From a virus (lineage: Duplodnaviria; Heunggongvirae; Uroviricota; Caudoviricetes), in the IMG/VR virus record IMGVR_UViG_2778261069_000006: a stretch of DNA of 4,219 nt; one strand, 5' to 3'. Below are positions 1 to 4,219 of this stretch, one piece after another. The translations under genes were made by a program, and so were the position numbers. How positions within the stretch are numbered: position 1 is the stretch's first letter; the number at the start of each line of letters is the position of its first letter. The notes below the pieces were generated by a model. It saw only the letters and a program-made list of their open reading frames with translations, had not been told where the DNA came from and did no database searches.

Positions 1-2
1 CG

Positions 3-1382
3 GTATCGTTCAGGATTGCCGCACCGGCAGCGCCGTCTCGGATTGAGCTGACGCCGGGCTATTTTCAGATAACCGCCACGCCGCATCTTGCGGTTTATGA
101 CCCGACGGTACAGTTTGAGTTCTGGTTCTCGGAAAAACGGATTGCGGATATCAGGCAGGTTGAAACCAGCGCGCGTTATCTTGGTACGGCACTGTACTGG
201 ATAGCCGCCAGTATCAATATCAAACCGGGCCATGATTATTATTTTTACGTTCGCAGTGTGAACACCGTTGGCAAATCGGCATTCGTGGAGGCTGTCGGTC
301 AGCCGAGTGATGATGCATCAGGCTATCTGGATTTTTTCAAAGGCGAGATAGGGAAAACCCATCTGGCTCAGGAGCTGTGGACGCAGATTGATAACGGTCA
401 GCTTGCGCCTGACCTGACTGAAATCAGGACGTCCATAACGGATGTCAGCAATGAAATAACACAGACCGTCAATAAGAAACTGGAAGACCAGAGTGCAGCG
501 ATCCAGCAGATACAGAAGGTTCAGGTTGATACAAATAATAACCTGAACAGCATGTGGGCAGTGAAGCTGCAGCAGATGCAGGACGGACGCCTTTATATTG
601 CGGGTATCGGTGCCGGTATTGAGAACACCCCTGACGGCATGCAGAGTCAGGTGCTGCTGGCAGCAGACAGGATTGCGATGATTAATCCTGCGAATGGCAA
701 CACAAAGCCGATGTTTGTTGGTCAGGGCGATCAGATATTCATGAATGAAGTGTTCCTGAAACGCCTGACGGCCCCCACCATTACCAGCGGCGGTAATCCT
801 CCGGCATTTTCCCTGACATCAGACGGGAGACTGACGGCGAAAAATGCGGATATCAGTGGCAGTGTGAATGCGAACTCAGGAACGCTCAACAATGTCACGA
901 TTAACCAGAACTGTACGATTAAGGGCATGCTGGAGGCGACCCAGGTCAGAGGAGATTTCGTTAAAGCTGTATCAAAAGCCTTCCCGAAAAAAGTCGGTAC
1001 GTGGGGTAACACGGAAACACCAAACGGTACGGTTACAGTCACCATCAGCGATGATCATAACTTTGACCGCCAGATTATTATTCCGCCCATTATTTTTAAC
1101 GGTATAGCGTATGACGATCCGGGGAGCGGAAATAACCCAGGAGGCACGCGATACACGGGTTATGGTTTTGAAGTTCGCAAAAACGGCGTATTAATCGCAT
1201 CCAGAGAAACTAAAGGGGCCATTCCCGGTAGTTACAGTGCAGTTATTGATATGCCGAGTGGCAGGGGAAGCGTCACTCTGGAGTTTAAGATTTTCCAGAA
1301 AGGCAATCAGGGGGCAGGCAATATCACCGACTGTACGGTGATTGTGACCAAAAAAGCCGCTTCCGGCATCAGTATTCGTTGA
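3..1382 (+). CDS. J: Host specificity protein J (central tail fibre / tail tip), C-terminal part; 5'-truncated by the window edge
   Basis: The frame is open from position 3 (checked codon by codon, no stops) to TGA at 1380-1382. The track ORF 258..1382 is only the part after an internal GTG. The translation (…[42 protein letters not shown]…[27 protein letters not shown]…[27 protein letters not shown]…[17 protein letters not shown]…) matches my recollection of the lambda gpJ C-terminal region. The gene order J-lom-stf supports the call. Confidence 0.9.
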   Translation, partial: VSFRIAAPAAPSRIELTPGYFQITATPHLAVYDPTVQFEFWFSEKRIADIRQVETSARYLGTALYWIAASINIKPGHDYYFYVRSVNTVGKSAFVEAVGQPSDDASGYLDFFKGEIGKTHLAQELWTQIDNGQLAPDLTEIRTSITDVSNEITQTVNKKLEDQSAAIQQIQKVQVDTNNNLNSMWAVKLQQMQDGRLYIAGIGAGIENTPDGMQSQVLLAADRIAMINPANGNTKPMFVGQGDQIFMNEVFLKRLTAPTITSGGNPPAFSLTSDGRLTAKNADISGSVNANSGTLNNVTINQNCTIKGMLEATQVRGDFVKAVSKAFPKKVGTWGNTETPNGTVTVTISDDHNFDRQIIIPPIIFNGIAYDDPGSGNNPGGTRYTGYGFEVRKNGVLIASRETKGAIPGSYSAVIDMPSGRGSVTLEFKIFQKGNQGAGNITDCTVIVTKKAASGISIR

Positions 1383-1404
1383 AATATTTATAACCCCAAT
1401 AAAG

Positions 1405-1431
1405 GGCGTCAGGAATGACGCCTTTTTTATT
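1405..1431 (+). terminator. Rho-independent terminator between J and lom
   Basis: Perfect 7-bp stem GGCGTCA (1405-1411) / TGACGCC (1416-1422) with a GGAA loop, followed by TTTTTTATT (1423-1431), 23 bp after the J stop. Confidence 0.7.
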
Positions 1432-1441
1432 GCAGAAAAGC

Positions 1442-1447
1442 GAGAGG
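1442..1447 (+). promoter_or_regulatory. Shine-Dalgarno sequence for lom
   Basis: GAGAGG lies 5 nt upstream of the ATG at 1453. Confidence 0.6.
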
Positions 1448-1452
1448 TAATT

Positions 1453-2052
1453 ATGCGTAAAGTTTGTGCAGCAATTTTGTCCGCAGCCATTTGTCTGGCC
1501 GTATCCGGTGCGCCTGCATGGGCGTCTGAACATCAGTCCACGCTGAGCGCGGGGTATCTTCATGCCTCGACGAACGTCCCCGGCAGTGATGATCTGAACG
1601 GGATTAACGTGAAATACCGTTATGAGTTTACGGACACACTGGGGCTGGTGACGTCATTCAGCTATGCAGGAGACAAGAATCGCCAGCTGACCCGTTACAG
1701 CGATACCCGCTGGCATGAAGATTCCGTTCGTAACCGCTGGTTCAGCGTAATGGCGGGGCCGTCTGTGCGCGTGAATGAATGGTTCAGCGCGTATGCGATG
1801 GCGGGTGTGGCTTACAGCCGTGTGTCGACTTTCTCCGGGGATTATCTCCGCGTAACTGACAACAAGGGGAAAAAGCACGATGTGCTGACCGGAAGTGATG
1901 ACGGTCGCCACAGCAACACGTCTCTGGCGTGGGGGGCTGGCGTGCAGTTTAACCCGACCGAATCCGTGGACATTGATATTGCTTATGAAGGCTCCGGCAG
2001 TGGTGACTGGCGCACTGACGGTTTCATCGTGGGTGTCGGTTATAAATTCTGA
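1453..2052 (+). CDS. lom: Lom outer-membrane protein (Ail/Lom/PagC/Rck family 8-stranded beta-barrel), 199 aa
   Basis: ATG at 1453 with a good SD, TGA at 2050-2052. N-terminal signal peptide MRKVCAAILSAAICLAVSGAPAWA with an AxA-type cleavage site. C-terminus …SGSGDWRTDGFIVGVGYKF ends in the terminal aromatic residue typical of beta-barrel OMPs and matches my recollection of lambda Lom. The position between J and stf is as in lambda. Confidence 0.92.
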   Translation: MRKVCAAILSAAICLAVSGAPAWASEHQSTLSAGYLHASTNVPGSDDLNGINVKYRYEFTDTLGLVTSFSYAGDKNRQLTRYSDTRWHEDSVRNRWFSVMAGPSVRVNEWFSAYAMAGVAYSRVSTFSGDYLRVTDNKGKKHDVLTGSDDGRHSNTSLAWGAGVQFNPTESVDIDIAYEGSGSGDWRTDGFIVGVGYKF

Positions 2053-2078
2053 TTAGCCAGGTAACACAGTGTTATGAC

Positions 2079-2108
2079 AGCCCGCCGGTTCAGGCGGGCT
2101 TTTTTGTG
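2079..2108 (+). terminator. Rho-independent terminator between lom and stf
   Basis: Perfect 8-bp stem AGCCCGCC (2079-2086) / GGCGGGCT (2093-2100) with a 6-nt loop, followed by TTTTTTGT (2101-2108), 27 bp after the lom stop. Confidence 0.75.
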
Positions 2109-2116
2109 GGGTGAAT

Positions 2117-4213
2117 ATGGCAGTAAAGATTTCAGGTGTACTGAAAGACGGCACAGGAAAACCGGTACAGAACTGCACAATCCAGCTGAAAGCAAAACGT
2201 AACAGCACCACGGTGGTGGTGAACACGCTGGCCTCAGAAAATCCGGATGAAGCCGGGCGTTACAGCATGGACGTTGAGTACGGGCAGTACAGCGTTATTC
2301 TGTTGGTGGAGGGATTCCCGCCGTCACATGCCGGGACCATCACCGTGTATGAAGATTCCCGACCCGGTACGCTGAATGATTTTCTCGGTGCCATGACGGA
2401 GGATGATGCCCGTCCTGAGGCACTGCGCCGTTTTGAACTGATGGTGGAAGAGGTGGCGCGTAACGCGTCAGCGGTGGCACAGAACACGGCAGCCGCGAAG
2501 AAGTCAGCCAGCGATGCCAGCACATCAGCCCGTGAGGCGGCAACCCATGCGACTGATGCTGCAGGCTCAGCACGCGCAGCCAGCACGTCAGCCGGACAGG
2601 CCGCGTCGTCGGCTCAGTCAGCATCTTCCAGCGCAGGAACGGCATCAACAAAGGCCAGTGAAGCAGCAAAAAGTGCTGCTGCTGCAGAGTCCTCAAAAAG
2701 CGCGGCAGCTACCAGTGCCGCTGCGGCGAAAACGTCAGAAACGAATGCGGCAGCGTCACAACAATCAGCAGCCACTTCTGCATCCGCCGCGACCACGAAG
2801 GCGTCAGAAGCTGCCACCTCAGCCCGGGATGCGGCGGCCTCAAAAGAGGCAGCGAAATCATCAGAAACGAACGCATCCTCGAGCGCCAGTAGCGCAGCTT
2901 CCTCGGCAACAGCGGCAGGAAATTCCGCGAAGGCGGCAAAAACGTCAGAGACGAACGCCAGGTCTTCTGAAACGGCAGCGGGACAGAGCGCCTCAGCTGC
3001 GGCAGACTCTGAGACAACAGCTGCATCATCGGCCCGTGAGGCGTCCATTAAGGCAGAGGAGGCAGCAGTCAGTGCCACCGCCGCCGGAAAATCGGCAGAA
3101 AGCGCCGCATCATCCGCTTCAACAGCCACAACGAAGGCTGGCGAAGCCACTGAACAGGCCAGCGCAGCAGCGAGGTCTGCTTCCGCAGCGAAGACATCCG
3201 AAACGAACGCGAAAGCGTCGGAAACCAGCGCAGAATCCTCAAAAACGGCTGCCGCATCGTCCGCCAGTTCGGCGGCGTCATCGGCATCATCGGCGTCTGC
3301 TTCAAAAGATGAGGCGACCAGACAGGCGTCAGCAGCGAGGGGCAGCGCCACGACGGCATCCACGAAGGCGACAGAGGCTGCTGGCAGTGCGGCAGCGGCA
3401 GCACAGAGCAAAAGTACGGCAGAATCCGCAGCAACGCGCGCCGAGACAGCAGCAAAACGGGCAGAGGATATTGCATCCGCCGTGGCGCTTGAGGATGCGA
3501 GCACGACGAAAAAGGGGATAGTACAGCTCAGTAGTGCGACTAACAGCACTTCCGAGTCACTGGCGGCAACACCAAAAGCCGTTAAGGCCGCGTATGACCT
3601 GGCTAACGGGAAATACACCGCACAGGATGCAACGACAGCACAGAAAGGGATAATCCAGCTAAGCAGCGCGACCAACAGCACGTCTGAAACGCTTGCCGCG
3701 ACACCAAAGGCAGTAAAAGCAGCCAATGACAATGCTGAGAAACGTCTGCAGAAAGATCAGAACGGTGCGGATATCCCTGGCAAAGATACCTTTACGAAAA
3801 ATATTGGTGCCTGCCGTGCCTTCGGTGGGTCAGTAAGCACAACAACAGGAAACTGGACGACTGCACAGTTTATCGAGTGGCTGGATTCTCAGGGAGCATT
3901 TAACCATCCATACTGGATGTGCAAGGGTTCCTGGTCTTATGGCAATAATAAAATCATTACTGATACTGACTGCGGTAATATTCATCTCGCCGGAGCTGTC
4001 ATTGAAGTAATGGGGATAAAGTCAGCGATGACGATCCGCATTACCACACCGACCACCTCCACTGGTGGTGGAACAACTAACGCCCAGTTTACTGCAAAAT
4101 GGCATCTGAATCGATCGCAGTTTGGCATTCGAATCGATCATGATTTGGCATTCATCTCCGATCACAGTTTGGCATCACAATCGATCACGATTTGGCATGC
4201 TTCCGATCATTGA
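2117..4213 (+). CDS. stf: Side tail fibre protein Stf: conserved N-terminal domain, Ala/Ser/Thr-rich shaft, duplicated tail-fibre motif, divergent distal tip
   Basis: ATG at 2117 is preceded by the SD-like GGGGTGA (2108-2114). The track begins at the in-frame GTG 2111, but MAVKISGVLKDGTGKPVQNCTIQLKAKRNSTTVVVNT… from the ATG matches the lambda Stf N-terminus as I recall it. The frame is open to TGA at 4211-4213. The 3' end is uncertain because the last ~115 bp lie inside a 23-bp tandem DNA repeat, so the true C-terminus may differ. Confidence 0.85.
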   Translation: MAVKISGVLKDGTGKPVQNCTIQLKAKRNSTTVVVNTLASENPDEAGRYSMDVEYGQYSVILLVEGFPPSHAGTITVYEDSRPGTLNDFLGAMTEDDARPEALRRFELMVEEVARNASAVAQNTAAAKKSASDASTSAREAATHATDAAGSARAASTSAGQAASSAQSASSSAGTASTKASEAAKSAAAAESSKSAAATSAAAAKTSETNAAASQQSAATSASAATTKASEAATSARDAAASKEAAKSSETNASSSASSAASSATAAGNSAKAAKTSETNARSSETAAGQSASAAADSETTAASSAREASIKAEEAAVSATAAGKSAESAASSASTATTKAGEATEQASAAARSASAAKTSETNAKASETSAESSKTAAASSASSAASSASSASASKDEATRQASAARGSATTASTKATEAAGSAAAAAQSKSTAESAATRAETAAKRAEDIASAVALEDASTTKKGIVQLSSATNSTSESLAATPKAVKAAYDLANGKYTAQDATTAQKGIIQLSSATNSTSETLAATPKAVKAANDNAEKRLQKDQNGADIPGKDTFTKNIGACRAFGGSVSTTTGNWTTAQFIEWLDSQGAFNHPYWMCKGSWSYGNNKIITDTDCGNIHLAGAVIEVMGIKSAMTIRITTPTTSTGGGTTNAQFTAKWHLNRSQFGIRIDHDLAFISDHSLASQSITIWHASDH
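2462..3508 (+). repeat. Degenerate low-complexity coding repeats (Ala/Ser/Thr-rich shaft of Stf, about aa 116-464)
   Basis: Strong A/S/T/E/K bias in the translation with recurring degenerate motifs: AKTSETNA, AKSSETNA, TKASEAA, TKAGEAT, TKATEAA, SAAASSASSAASSASSASAS. Coding is dominated by GCN, TCN and ACN codons, which leaves the other frames on both strands free of stops. Confidence 0.8.
3509..3598 (+). repeat. Copy 1 of the conserved phage tail-fibre repeat motif (KKGIVQLSSATNSTSESLAATPKAVKAAYD)
   Basis: Direct translation. A motif of the form GIxQLSSATNSTSE…AATPKAVK is, to my knowledge, characteristic of lambdoid/T-even tail-fibre proteins. Confidence 0.8.
3641..3730 (+). repeat. Copy 2 of the conserved phage tail-fibre repeat motif (QKGIIQLSSATNSTSETLAATPKAVKAAND)
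   Basis: Lies 132 bp (44 codons) after copy 1. The protein is nearly identical, but about half the codons differ at synonymous positions. Confidence 0.8.
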
Positions 4214-4219
4214 TTGGCA
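4097..4219. repeat. Tandem array of 23-bp imperfect direct repeats, at least 5.3 units, truncated by the window end
   Basis: GGCAT starts at 4101, 4124, 4147, 4171 and 4194, with GGCA again at 4216 (spacings 23, 23, 24, 23, 22). GATC starts at 4113, 4136, 4160, 4183 and 4205. Units: aaaaTGGCATctgaaTCGATCGcag / TTTGGCATtcgaaTCGATCAtga / TTTGGCATtcatctccGATCAcag / TTTGGCATcacaaTCGATCAcga / TTTGGCATgcttccGATCAttga / TTGGCA…. Confidence 0.85.

Noticed and set aside
731-1107. Small ORFs inside J (731..1045 minus strand, 868..1107 plus strand)
   Set aside because: They are fully embedded in the well-supported J frame and have no SD or start context; they look like chance ORFs.
258-1382. Track ORF starting at GTG 258, which could be read as an independent 374-aa gene
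   Set aside because: The same frame is open without stops from position 3 and the upstream translation continues the J-like sequence, so this is the interior of a 5'-truncated J gene and not a separate start.
1378-1394. Possible sigma70 promoter elements for lom (TTGAAA at 1378-1383, TATAAC at 1389-1394)
   Set aside because: The two hexamers are too close together to form a -35/-10 pair, and both lie upstream of the strong terminator hairpin, which would stop transcripts before lom. Not supported.
1191-1563. Minus-strand ORFs 1191..1490 and 1369..1563 spanning the J/lom junction
   Set aside because: They overlap the J 3' end, the terminator and the lom 5' end on the opposite strand. The two + strand genes and the terminator fully account for the region.
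1654-1911. 85-aa minus-strand ORF inside lom
   Set aside because: It is antisense to a confidently identified OMP gene, with no supporting signals.
2111-2116. GTG at 2111 as the stf start (as in the ORF track)
   Set aside because: The ATG at 2117 is better placed relative to the GGGGTGA SD-like sequence and gives the canonical MAVKISG… N-terminus. The GTG overlaps the SD itself.
2260-3476. Minus-strand ORFs 2260..2586, 2340..2696, 2709..3029 and 3069..3476 within stf
   Set aside because: Same reasoning as above: they are antisense or alternative-frame ORFs made possible by the biased composition of the stf coding sequence.
2514-3521. 335-aa ORF in another forward frame (extremely Arg/Gln/Pro-rich) overlapping stf
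   Set aside because: It is the +1 frame of the Ala/Ser-rich repeat. The stf frame has the conserved N-terminus and tail-fibre motifs, and this frame does not.
2614-3732. 372-aa ORF on the minus strand (Ala/Asp/Val/Phe-rich) overlapping stf
   Set aside because: It lies entirely antisense to the GCN/TCN-rich stf shaft, whose composition removes stop codons from other frames. Its translation is low-complexity with no recognisable start context. It is treated as a compositional artefact.
4097-4219. CRISPR array as an explanation for the short regular repeats
   Set aside because: The units are directly contiguous with a 23-bp period and no unique spacers of about 30 bp between them, the repeat is not palindromic in the CRISPR manner, and no cas genes are in view.
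3731-4219. Diversity-generating retroelement variable region at the tail-fibre C-terminus
   Set aside because: No second near-identical template-repeat copy and no reverse-transcriptase ORF is visible in the window. The repeat seen is a short tandem array and not a VR/TR pair. It cannot be fully excluded without downstream sequence.

Overview
This window is the distal tail region of a lambda-like (lambdoid) phage or prophage, with all three genes on the + strand in the lambda order J - lom - stf. It holds the 3' end of the host-specificity (central tail fibre) gene J, running in from the left edge; a complete lom gene (Ail/Lom-family outer-membrane beta-barrel) bracketed by two intrinsic terminators; and a side-tail-fibre gene stf. 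The stf product has a conserved N-terminal domain, a long Ala/Ser/Thr-rich shaft, a duplicated 44-aa tail-fibre motif and an AT-richer distal tip. Every other ORF in the six-frame track lies inside these genes and is best explained as a by-product of their composition. I see no defence system, CRISPR array, tRNA or transposase. The most unusual element is a tandem array of at least five 23-bp units (core TTTGGCAT...GATCA) at 4097-4219, which begins inside the end of stf, contains the stf stop codon and runs off the right edge. All protein identifications rest on translation and recall of lambda J, Lom and Stf, not on a database search.
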